Assembly: GCA_045659845.1 (NCBI GenBank)
Contig: JAZRCQ010000081.1
Coordinates: 1-45,585, forward strand
Origin: Eubacteriales bacterium
GTDB taxonomy: Bacteria; Bacillota; Clostridia; Oscillospirales; CAG-272
Direction: 5' to 3'
DNA: 45,585 bases
Position 1 is the first letter of the stretch; every line of letters starts with the position of its first letter. Below, piece after piece: positions 16,745 to 25,139 of this stretch. The notes below the pieces were generated by a model. That model ran no database searches. It saw nothing but the letters and a program-made list of their open reading frames with translations, and was not told the DNA's origin. Both the position numbers and the translations under genes were made by a program.

Positions 16745-17551
16745 ATGGAAAAAAGAGCAAAGCTGCACGTTCTGACGGAATATAGCCAATATTCCATGGG
16801 ATTCGTGATCATCACGCCCAAGGACCGTGCCATCATCATCGACGGAGGACGCTCGCTGGAGCTTCCGAATCTGGCAGAGCACGTTGGCGATCGCCCCGTG
16901 GCGGCGTGGATCCTCACCCATCCCCACAGCGATCATATCACCTGCATCAATCACGCTCTCAAGATTGACCATCCCCTCATCGGTCGCACCGAGAAATTCA
17001 TTCACCATTTTCACGATATCGACTTCTATTCGCAGTACACCAGAGAAGGGGAGCGCAAGCCCTATCTGGATTTTCTGGAGCGCAATGAATGCATCCGCGA
17101 TCGCATCGTGATCCCCTCTGCGGGCGACGAGCTGGAGATCGACGGACTGCGCATCGAGTTTCTCTTCCACTGCGACGAGCGTTTCACCGAAAACGTGGCA
17201 AACGACAGCTCGCTGGTGTTCCGCGTTCACGGCAGAAAGCAGAGCATTCTGTTTTTGGGAGACCTCGGCCCCATTGCGGGACGGGAGCTGCTCCGAAAGC
17301 ATGGCTCTTATCTTGCCTCCGACATGGTGCAGATGGCGCATCACGGCCACATGGGCGTGGAAAAGGACGTTTATGAGGCCATCGATCCGCGAGCCTGCAT
17401 CTGGTGCTGTCAGGCCTGGCTGTATCGTGAGGATGATCGCATGATCCTTCCCGATATGTATGGCGTGGGAAAAACCAGACAATGGATGGAGGAGATCGGC
17501 GTTACCGAGCATTACGTAACCAAGGACGGAGATCAGATCATCGCCTTCTGA
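16745..17551 (+). CDS. MBL-fold metallo-hydrolase
   Basis: GGGAGGA RBS. Motifs IIIDGG, AAWILTHPHSDH (canonical HxHxDH), DMVQMAHHGH. Confidence 0.85.
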   Translation: MEKRAKLHVLTEYSQYSMGFVIITPKDRAIIIDGGRSLELPNLAEHVGDRPVAAWILTHPHSDHITCINHALKIDHPLIGRTEKFIHHFHDIDFYSQYTREGERKPYLDFLERNECIRDRIVIPSAGDELEIDGLRIEFLFHCDERFTENVANDSSLVFRVHGRKQSILFLGDLGPIAGRELLRKHGSYLASDMVQMAHHGHMGVEKDVYEAIDPRACIWCCQAWLYREDDRMILPDMYGVGKTRQWMEEIGVTEHYVTKDGDQIIAF

Positions 17552-17612
17552 CCTTTCCCCCTGCCGCAATGCCGCTTTTTTGAGCTTTTGGCATTTCGGA
17601 AAGGTCTTTTTT
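17552..17612 (+). terminator. Terminator candidate
   Basis: CCTTTCC (17552..17558) pairs with GGAAAGG (17598..17604), with an inner AATGCC/GGCATT pairing. Followed by TCTTTTTT. Confidence 0.45.
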
Positions 17613-17707
17613 ATTAGTCTGTTTTGCCGTTTTGAGTGACTTGATTGGTGTATATGGAGAGTGCCTGCTTGTTTTTTTATCGATCGGTTGGTAAAAATGC
17701 ACAACGA

Positions 17708-17721
17708 AGAAAAGTCACTTT
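17708..17721 (+). promoter_or_regulatory. Operator-like motif AGAAAAGTCACTTT (copy 2)
   Basis: See 13808..13821. An inverted partial copy AAGTCACT lies on the minus strand at 17635..17642. Confidence 0.45.
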
Positions 17722-17748
17722 TTTTAGGCATTACGCCGTGAACGGCAG

Positions 17749-17777
17749 TAGACGGAAAAATTGAATTTTGCTATAAT
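17749..17777 (+). promoter_or_regulatory. Extended -10 promoter of the surface-protein gene
   Basis: TAGACG (17749..17754), 17-nt spacer, TGcTATAAT (17769..17777). Confidence 0.5.
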
Positions 17778-17838
17778 AAAAGCGGAAGTCGAGAGCGATC
17801 TCTCGGCATTTACCGCAAAAAACAAAGGAGGATTTGTT

Positions 17839-19590
17839 ATGAAAAAGAAATTTTTGGCAATCGCACTCTGCCTGGTGATGCTGATGCTCCCGCTGGCCAC
17901 GGTGGGCGTGCATGCGGATCCCGCAGAGGGATACACCTTCGACGATGCCAGCAAGACCTACACTGTTACTACTGCCGACGGCCTGATCGCCGTTGCTGCG
18001 CTGATCAACGGCAGCAATGGCAACCAAGCCGCCTACAATATCACCCTTGCGGCCGATATCGATCTGGCCGGCAAGACCTGGACCTCCATCGGAACCGCGT
18101 CCTATCCCTACAGAGGCACCTTCGACGGAGCAAACTTCACCGTGAAAAACCTGACCGTTCTCCCCGAGAAGACCGATGAGGTTCTTGCCGTGAAGAATAG
18201 CTACGTTTCTCTGCTTGGCCACGTGAACGAGGGCTGCACCGTGAAGAACCTGAAGATCACCGGCTTCAATCTGCAGGGCGTTGAATTCGTTTCCGCTCTG
18301 ATCGCCGAATCGGCTCAGAAGGACACCAACGATGCCGCAAGCAAGGTGACGATCGAAAACGTGCACGTTCGCGAGACCACGCTCGTTGGTTGGGAGGGCG
18401 ATGACAACGGTCAGGGGGAATCCGGTGGTATCCGCAAGTCCTACACCGGCGTGCTGCTCGGCAAGGCCGGCGCACACTACACGCTGGTGAACGGTTGCTC
18501 CGTTGTGGCCACGGCCACCGGTGATTGCCGCGTGACCGGCGTTATCGGCGGCGAGTCCGTCGGCTCCGGCGTGAAGACTGCGGGCGTGACCATTCAGAAC
18601 ACCATCGTGGCAGGAAGCTACACGCACACCGGCGTTTCCGGCGGTGGCGCGGCAGGCCTCTTTGGCTACCACAGCACTATCCCCGTAACCGTTACCAATT
18701 GCGTTTCTCTGGCGAATCTGGTTCTGAAGAAGGGCTCCACCCTGGGCCAGCTTGCCTTCGATATGAACAAGATGACTCTGGTTGCCGAAAACTGCGTGTT
18801 TGGCGGCGCGCCCTTCGGTAAGGTGAGCGATTCCACCATGGGAACGCAGAGCATGAGCAATATCTACATCTACAAGGATGGCGCCACCGAAACGCAGCTG
18901 AGCGTTCTGGATACCGAGTTCAAGGCGGCCACCAACGTTTCCGCTGAGTCCAAGCTCACCATTGGCGGCACCGAGGTCCTGTGGTCTGAGGCGAAGCTTC
19001 CCGTGCTGAACAGCGCTGCTGCGCTCGGCACCACCGTTTCCGCCATGTTTGCAGGCAATCCCTATATCACCACCGCCATCATCGAGGAGATCGTTGGCCA
19101 CGTGCATTCCTACACCGTCGAAAAGGCAGAGGCCGCCTTCTTGAAGACGGCCGCAACCTGCACTGAGTCTGCCGTTTACTACAAGACCTGCGCTTGCGGC
19201 AGCTTCGATCCCGAAATCACCTTCACCAGCGGCGATCCCGCAGGACACAAGCCCTCCGATAAGTGGACCAACAGCGACGAGGAGCATTGGCACATCTGCT
19301 CGGCTTGTCTGGAGGAGAAGTCCGACGTGGGCACTCACTCCTACGGCGAATGGGTTGTGACCAAGGAGCCCACCACCAAGAGAGAGGGCGAACGCGCCAA
19401 GACCTGCACCGTGTGCGAGCATGAGATCACCGAAAAGATCGCAAGACTGGTGGCAACCGAGGAGCCTGCAACCACCCCTGCCGACGAGACAAAGGGCGGC
19501 GGATGCGGCGGCACCATCGTTGGCTTTGGCGCCATCGCGCTGATCTCGCTGGGTGCTTGCACTGTTTGCATGAAGAAGAAGGAAAGCTGA
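17839..19590 (+). CDS. Secreted, C-terminally membrane-anchored beta-helix (GLUG-like) surface protein with His/Cys modules
   Basis: AAAGGAGGA RBS. Signal peptide MKKKFLAIALCLVMLMLPLATVGVHA. ITLAADIDLAGKTWTSIG...RGTFDGANFTVKNL beta-helix-type repeats. C-terminal HSY...C..C modules and TM helix IVGFGAIALISLGACTVC followed by KKKES. Confidence 0.6.
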   Translation: MKKKFLAIALCLVMLMLPLATVGVHADPAEGYTFDDASKTYTVTTADGLIAVAALINGSNGNQAAYNITLAADIDLAGKTWTSIGTASYPYRGTFDGANFTVKNLTVLPEKTDEVLAVKNSYVSLLGHVNEGCTVKNLKITGFNLQGVEFVSALIAESAQKDTNDAASKVTIENVHVRETTLVGWEGDDNGQGESGGIRKSYTGVLLGKAGAHYTLVNGCSVVATATGDCRVTGVIGGESVGSGVKTAGVTIQNTIVAGSYTHTGVSGGGAAGLFGYHSTIPVTVTNCVSLANLVLKKGSTLGQLAFDMNKMTLVAENCVFGGAPFGKVSDSTMGTQSMSNIYIYKDGATETQLSVLDTEFKAATNVSAESKLTIGGTEVLWSEAKLPVLNSAAALGTTVSAMFAGNPYITTAIIEEIVGHVHSYTVEKAEAAFLKTAATCTESAVYYKTCACGSFDPEITFTSGDPAGHKPSDKWTNSDEEHWHICSACLEEKSDVGTHSYGEWVVTKEPTTKREGERAKTCTVCEHEITEKIARLVATEEPATTPADETKGGGCGGTIVGFGAIALISLGACTVCMKKKES

Positions 19591-19626
19591 TCGGCCGAGA
19601 AGGCTATTCAATAAACCATTGACTCA

Positions 19627-19677
19627 GAGACGGCATGATTTTTGAACACGCTTTGAAATGATGCCGTCTCAGCTTTC
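19627..19677 (+). terminator. Terminator candidate (weak U-tract)
   Basis: GAGACGGCAT (19627..19636) pairs with ATGCCGTCTC (19661..19670), with further pairing inside. Followed by AGCTTTC. Confidence 0.4.
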
Positions 19678-19692
19678 AGAAAGGAGGATATT

Positions 19693-21147
19693 ATGAAAAA
19701 AAGAACGCTTGCGGTTCGTTTGATCGCCATGCTGCTTCTGCTTTGCATGACGGCCTGCGTGTTTGCCTGCACGAAGGATGACCCTCAGGAGATCACCACT
19801 CCTGACATCACGCTTGATGAGACCAAGCCCGGCTTGCTTTTCGGTCAGGAGGATTTCGATAAGGATATGACCGTGCTGTATTACAACAGCGAGATCTATA
19901 ATAATTTCTACTTTGATGAGGTGACCGAGGCGGGCGACGTGATCAAATCCGCATTGGTGGAGCGTCGCTTCCTCGTGGAGGAATATCTGGGCGTGGACGT
20001 ATCCGGTAAATCGGAGGGCGCTGAGGCCAGCATTGCCACGGCTCTGCAGAGAGACCAGCTGGCAGGCTTGGATCAATATCAGGCCGCTCTCACCCATAGT
20101 TATATCGGCCTTGGAAATCTGCTCTCTCAGGGCTCCGTGATGGATCTCTATGATCTGGAGGATATTTCCTTCGACGAGGACTATTGGAATCTGGATGCCA
20201 TTGAATCGCTGGAGATCGGCGGAAAGGCCTATTTCGGCAGCTCCGACTACAATATTGCCGACGTGCAGACCGTGTTCTATAACAAGGGGCTCTACGAGCA
20301 GGTTGGCCTGCAGGAAAATCCCTACGATCTGGTGAGAGAGGGCAAATGGACGCTGGAGACCTTCATGGAGCTTTGCGCCGTTGACGGTGCCACCAAGGAC
20401 AACGGCGACAAGGAGTGGACCAAGGAGGATTCCTACGGTCTCGGCGTGAGAGCCGACTGGGAGTTCATTCCGCTGGTGACCGCCTGCGAGATCGAATGGC
20501 TCACCGGAAGCGGCTACAGAACGCTGAATATGGGCCCCGGCAACCAGAAATATCAGGATCTCTATGAGATCGTTGAGGAGCTGGCCGATGCCGAGTGGTC
20601 TTATATGTATAACTGGGGCGACAACGATAACAAGGTGACCATTGCCGACGGAAGATTCCTCTTTACGATGGAGCCCGTGAAGTATGCATATAAGTATCTG
20701 ACCACCGAGGTGAAGTTTGGTATTCTTCCTTATCCCAAATTCAATGAGGAGCAGAAGGACTATCATTCTCTGGATGCCAGCGGCGTGCTTTGCGTTCCCG
20801 TTACGGTGAAGGATAAGGAAATGGTTGGCAAAACGCTGGAATGCCTGGCTTACTTCAGTGCCGACACGGTGAACGTGGCCTACTACGAGAGATTGCTCGG
20901 CACGCGCGTGGCCAATGCGCCGGACGATGCCGAGATGCTGGATACGTATATTTTCGGCAAGATCGCAATGGAGCCTGTTTACAACTTCAGCGAAAAGGCC
21001 AATATGCCCTTAGGTATTCTCGTGTACACGATTCCCAAGATGCTTCGTGCTAAGCTGAATGGAACCACTATCGAAACGATCGCCACAAACTGGGCCGCCA
21101 ACAGAGTTGCCGCGCAGCAGGTGATTGACAATACGATCAACCGATAG
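19693..21147 (+). CDS. Extracellular solute-binding lipoprotein (ABC-type, family 1-like), with no cognate permease genes in the window
   Basis: AAAGGAGGA RBS. Signal/lipobox MKKRTLAVRLIAMLLLLCMTAC. The size and composition are typical of large sugar-binding SBPs. Family assigned from memory. Confidence 0.65.
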   Translation: MKKRTLAVRLIAMLLLLCMTACVFACTKDDPQEITTPDITLDETKPGLLFGQEDFDKDMTVLYYNSEIYNNFYFDEVTEAGDVIKSALVERRFLVEEYLGVDVSGKSEGAEASIATALQRDQLAGLDQYQAALTHSYIGLGNLLSQGSVMDLYDLEDISFDEDYWNLDAIESLEIGGKAYFGSSDYNIADVQTVFYNKGLYEQVGLQENPYDLVREGKWTLETFMELCAVDGATKDNGDKEWTKEDSYGLGVRADWEFIPLVTACEIEWLTGSGYRTLNMGPGNQKYQDLYEIVEELADAEWSYMYNWGDNDNKVTIADGRFLFTMEPVKYAYKYLTTEVKFGILPYPKFNEEQKDYHSLDASGVLCVPVTVKDKEMVGKTLECLAYFSADTVNVAYYERLLGTRVANAPDDAEMLDTYIFGKIAMEPVYNFSEKANMPLGILVYTIPKMLRAKLNGTTIETIATNWAANRVAAQQVIDNTINR

Positions 21148-21160
21148 TTTCATATGAATC

Positions 21161-21211
21161 GCAAGAGGATTGTTTGCTTAATGCCGATGCTGGGGTGAAC
21201 GGTCCTCTTGC
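21161..21211 (+). other. Intercistronic 9-bp stem with a 33-nt loop (possible attenuator or processing site)
   Basis: GCAAGAGGA (21161..21169) pairs with TCCTCTTGC (21203..21211). Followed by CTTATTT and the RBS of the next gene. Confidence 0.3.
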
Positions 21212-21228
21212 CTTATTTGGAGGAGCTT

Positions 21229-23304
21229 ATGAAAATCGATTACAGAAAAGAGATCCTGCCCGGAATCGGCGGAGAGCGTCCGCTTTCCAAGGGGAAGCTG
21301 GAAAAGCTGCCTTTGGGTGAGGTCTGTGTGGAAAAGGGCTGGCTCAGAGGGCAGCTGGAGCTGATGTGCGAGGGCGTTACGGGCAGGCTTCCCGAATTCG
21401 GCCCTTATTTCGGGACGGAGCGAAACGGCTTTTTGTATCCCGACGTTGCCTCCGGCTGGGAGGAGGTGCCCTATTGGCTCAGAGGCTTCTATCCCATGGC
21501 CGTGCTGACGGGAAACGAGAAGCATCTGGCAACCGCACAGGAATATTTTGAGGCGCTTTTTGCTTCGGTGCAGGAGGACGGCTGGTTTGGCCCTGCCTAT
21601 CTGAAGGAATTCAAGGAGATCAACGGCGTGATGGTGGCAGACGTGTTTCCGCATATGATGCTGCTGGATGCTCTGATCCTTTATTACGAAAAAACGGGTG
21701 ACGGTCGTGTTCTGTCGTTGATGGAAGGCTTCTTTTCCTTCTGCAGAGAGATTCCGGATGAGCGGTGGCTTCCCTGCACGCGTTCTCGCTTGATGTGGCA
21801 GAAGATCAGAGCGGGGGATATGCTCACTCCTATTTACTGGTACTACGGTAAAACAAAGCAGGATTGGCTTTTGAAGCTATCCAAGCGCTTCTACGAGGGC
21901 ATTTGGGAAAGCTCCGAGCCCTACGTTGCCTACCACGCGGTGGATTTTGCGCAACGCTTTGGCTATAGCGCCGTTTATTCCCGACAGTCGGGAGATCCTG
22001 CCGACTTTGCGCGCTCCGAGCGGCAATACGAAGAGTTCCGCGAGGTTTGGGGGCAGCTTCCCCGCGGCATTTTCGCCGCCGATGAGCAGGTGCGGGAGGG
22101 CTGCTTTGATCCGAGACAGGGCTATGAGCCCTGCGGCATAGTGGAATTGGCCAAGAATTTCTACGAGCTTGGCAGACTGAGCGGCTGCACGGAATACGCC
22201 GACAAGGCCGAGGACGTGATGCTCAATCATTTCCCCGCATCCTTTAGTCCCGATTATCAGCAGCTGCACTACGTCACCTGCGCAAATCTTCCCATGCTCA
22301 CCAACTATAAGGAGCATGCGATCTGCAACGAATCCTATTTCTTCAGACGCTCTCATTTCATCTTCACGCCCAACAACCGATGCTGCGGACACAACACGGG
22401 CATGGGATGGCCGTGGTATGCCATGAATCTTTGGCAGAAAACCACCGACGGCGAGGGCCTTGTGGCTTGGCTCTATGCCGAAAGCCGCGTGGACACCGAG
22501 GTGAAGGGAAGCCGTGTGCGGATGGAGACCTCCACCGCCTATCCCTTCGATGAGACGGTGCGGATCAAGGTGCTGGAAAATCGGGAGAGCGCGGAGTTTT
22601 CCCTCTATTTGCGGATCCCCGCATGGAGCCGCGGCGCCACGGTGACCGTTAACGGTGAGCTCTGCCATCGTGAGGCAGAGGCAGGCGGCTATCTTGAGCT
22701 TCGAGCGGGTTGGAATGCAGGCGACGAGGTGCAGATCAGCTTCTGCACGGAGCTTTCCCTCACCCATTGGAAAAACGGAAGCGTCACGGTGGATAGAGGC
22801 CCGCTTTCCTATTCCGTTCGGATCGGAGAGGCTTGGCGCGTGGCCGAGGGGGATGCGGGAACCTATGCACATCCCGAACCCCATTTGTTTGAAAATTACG
22901 AGGTTTTGCCAACGTCGCCTTGGAACTACGGCCTGTGCGCGGAGAGCGGATCGGCCGAGGGCTGCGTGGAGATCAAAGAGCTTCGGAAGGAGATCGCCTC
23001 CCAGCCGTGGACTCCCGAGAACGCGCCCATCGTTTTGACTGCGCACGCGCGCAGGATCCCCGAGTGGGTGATCGAGGACGACATGGCGGCCGAGCTGCAG
23101 GCTTCTCCCGCCTTCACGGAATGCGAGGAGGAGCTGATCGAGATGATCCCGCTGGGGTGCGCAAGGCTGCGGATCTCCTGCCTGCCCGTTGTCACGGCAG
23201 ATGCAGAACGCGGCGTGCGCTGGACGCCTGCGCCGAACCACACCGAGCCCTCCGAGCGAGTGCAAAAGCATGATTGGCCGTATCCGATGCCGAAGGCGGA
23301 TTGA
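21229..23304 (+). CDS. DUF1680 / GH127-GH146-like beta-L-arabinofuranosidase family protein
   Basis: GGAGGA RBS 7 nt before ATG 21229. YEPCG (E-x-C) and NNRCCGHN (Cys-Cys) match the Zn-ligand/nucleophile pattern of GH127 HypBA1-type enzymes. No signal peptide. Confidence 0.6.
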   Translation: MKIDYRKEILPGIGGERPLSKGKLEKLPLGEVCVEKGWLRGQLELMCEGVTGRLPEFGPYFGTERNGFLYPDVASGWEEVPYWLRGFYPMAVLTGNEKHLATAQEYFEALFASVQEDGWFGPAYLKEFKEINGVMVADVFPHMMLLDALILYYEKTGDGRVLSLMEGFFSFCREIPDERWLPCTRSRLMWQKIRAGDMLTPIYWYYGKTKQDWLLKLSKRFYEGIWESSEPYVAYHAVDFAQRFGYSAVYSRQSGDPADFARSERQYEEFREVWGQLPRGIFAADEQVREGCFDPRQGYEPCGIVELAKNFYELGRLSGCTEYADKAEDVMLNHFPASFSPDYQQLHYVTCANLPMLTNYKEHAICNESYFFRRSHFIFTPNNRCCGHNTGMGWPWYAMNLWQKTTDGEGLVAWLYAESRVDTEVKGSRVRMETSTAYPFDETVRIKVLENRESAEFSLYLRIPAWSRGATVTVNGELCHREAEAGGYLELRAGWNAGDEVQISFCTELSLTHWKNGSVTVDRGPLSYSVRIGEAWRVAEGDAGTYAHPEPHLFENYEVLPTSPWNYGLCAESGSAEGCVEIKELRKEIASQPWTPENAPIVLTAHARRIPEWVIEDDMAAELQASPAFTECEEELIEMIPLGCARLRISCLPVVTADAERGVRWTPAPNHTEPSERVQKHDWPYPMPKAD

Positions 23305-23327
23305 GAGCGGCGAAAGAAGGAGACAAA

Positions 23328-25115
23328 ATGAAAAAATTATTCAGCGCGATTCTGGCGCTTGCCATGCTGCTGGGAATCATGAGCGCGTTTTTCGGCTGTA
23401 AGGATCAGTCCGATGAGCAGGAGATGCCAAAATTTCCCATCGTGGCAAATGGCGTCAGCTCCTATGTGATCATCTATCCCGAGGTGCCCTCGGCCGCAGA
23501 GACCGAGGCGGTTGCACAGCTTCGGGCCGACATCAAGGACGTGACGGGGCTTCGTTTGAAGGCGATCAGCGAGGAATTCATGGAGGAGGAGCCCGATGCC
23601 AAGCGGATCTACGTTGGCAACACCACCTTTGCTCCCGCGCAGGCGGCTAAGGCGCGTCTTTCTCAGGGCCTTTTCGATTCCTTTGTGATCGACGCCAGCG
23701 AAGGGGATATCTACATCGTGGGTGCTTCCGAAACGGCCTTGCTCAGCGCAGTGGCCTATTATGCGGAGCATCTTCTGGGCAAGAATTACGATTCCGCCAC
23801 TGAAACCCTGCTTTTTGAGGGGTGTCATTTCGATGGTACCACCGCGTTTCCGGCAGGCTTTTCCGTGAAGAACATCTGCGAATATTCCATCGTGTATGCC
23901 AACAACGGAATGAGCATGCAGAGCATTGCAAGGTCGGTGCAGGAGGCCATTGAGTCGGCCACCGGCTTTGAGCCCGATATTTATGCCGACACGGAGCGCG
24001 CAGAGGGAAGCTTTGAGATCCTCGTGGGCGAAACCAACCGTTCGCTTTCCGAAAGAAGCTATCGGGAAACCTCCAGAATGATGGAATATGAGATCGTGGT
24101 TGAGGGATGTCAGCTTCAGCTGGCCTTCGGCGGCTACTATTCGGGGCAGAAGCTGGTGAACGAGTTTTCCCGCAAGATGCTGAAGAGCAAGCAGGAGCTG
24201 TTTGCTTCGGGCGGCTATTACAAAACCGATCTTGCTAACGTGGAGCAGGAGCTGACCGCGGGCGCCGACGTGCGCATCATGTCGGCCAACGTGCTGTCCT
24301 ACCGTTGGGGCGAGGCATCCAATTCCAACGTGCTTCCCGCCGCTCAGCGGGCCGAGATCTTTGCCGGCGTTCTGCTTCGCTACCGTCCCGATGCCACGGG
24401 GCTTCAGGAGACCGACGAGCCCTGGCAGCAGGTGCTTCCCTGGTATCTGGAGCGGATGAAGGAGAAGGACGGCGTGGAGTACACCTTCCTCTTCGGCACT
24501 CTGGCGGGTGAGGAGAAGACCATGGTGAATTTTTCCACCATCGTTTATCGCTCCGATCTCTATCAGCTGGATGAATCGGGCTTCCGCATCTTCTCCATTT
24601 GGGACGTGACACCGAATTACTACCAGAGAGTTGCCACCTACGTTAAGCTCACCGCCAAGGCCGATCCGCAGAAGCAGTTTGCGCTGGTCAACACCCATTG
24701 GGCGCATGAGGATCACGAAACGGTGAATGCCTGCGCCGTGGAGCAGGCCGCATTGGTCAACGAGCTGAAGGCGAAGTATGCAGGAGTAACGGTGTTCTGC
24801 ACGGGCGACTACAATAATCTTTCCACGAGAGAGTGGGGAGATCGGTATCTCAATCAGCTGGTTGCCGGCGTGAGCGGCCGGATCGCTTCTGCGGTTGCCA
24901 AGGAAAAGGGCGTTCTCATCACGCCCGGCGGCTGTCGCGGCAGTGCGAAAAATATGCACGAGAACGTTCTGCGCGAGGTGGATAACGATTTCATTGACCA
25001 CGTGATCATTTCGGGCAGCACCGCCGACGTGGTGCGGCACGATACCATCCGATCGAATATGACGCACGTCCTCAGCGATCATTCCATGATCTATGCGGAC
25101 ATCAAGCTTCCCTGA
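23328..25115 (+). CDS. Lipoprotein with a C-terminal endonuclease/exonuclease/phosphatase (EEP) domain
   Basis: AAGGAGA RBS. Signal/lipobox MKKLFSAILALAMLLGIMSAFFG-C. EEP signatures VRIMSANVLSYRW, LQETDEPW, NTHWAHE, SDHSMIYADIKL. Two related N-terminal domains of about 150 aa each. Confidence 0.7.
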   Translation: MKKLFSAILALAMLLGIMSAFFGCKDQSDEQEMPKFPIVANGVSSYVIIYPEVPSAAETEAVAQLRADIKDVTGLRLKAISEEFMEEEPDAKRIYVGNTTFAPAQAAKARLSQGLFDSFVIDASEGDIYIVGASETALLSAVAYYAEHLLGKNYDSATETLLFEGCHFDGTTAFPAGFSVKNICEYSIVYANNGMSMQSIARSVQEAIESATGFEPDIYADTERAEGSFEILVGETNRSLSERSYRETSRMMEYEIVVEGCQLQLAFGGYYSGQKLVNEFSRKMLKSKQELFASGGYYKTDLANVEQELTAGADVRIMSANVLSYRWGEASNSNVLPAAQRAEIFAGVLLRYRPDATGLQETDEPWQQVLPWYLERMKEKDGVEYTFLFGTLAGEEKTMVNFSTIVYRSDLYQLDESGFRIFSIWDVTPNYYQRVATYVKLTAKADPQKQFALVNTHWAHEDHETVNACAVEQAALVNELKAKYAGVTVFCTGDYNNLSTREWGDRYLNQLVAGVSGRIASAVAKEKGVLITPGGCRGSAKNMHENVLREVDNDFIDHVIISGSTADVVRHDTIRSNMTHVLSDHSMIYADIKLP

Positions 25116-25139
25116 GCAAAATCCAAAAAGGAGAACCCC

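Noticed and set aside
17731-19611. 626-aa minus-strand ORF (and 19669..20766 on the minus strand)
   Set aside because: They are antisense to the surface-protein and SBP genes, which have clear signal peptides and RBSs. The minus-frame translation is Gly/Ala/Leu low-complexity.
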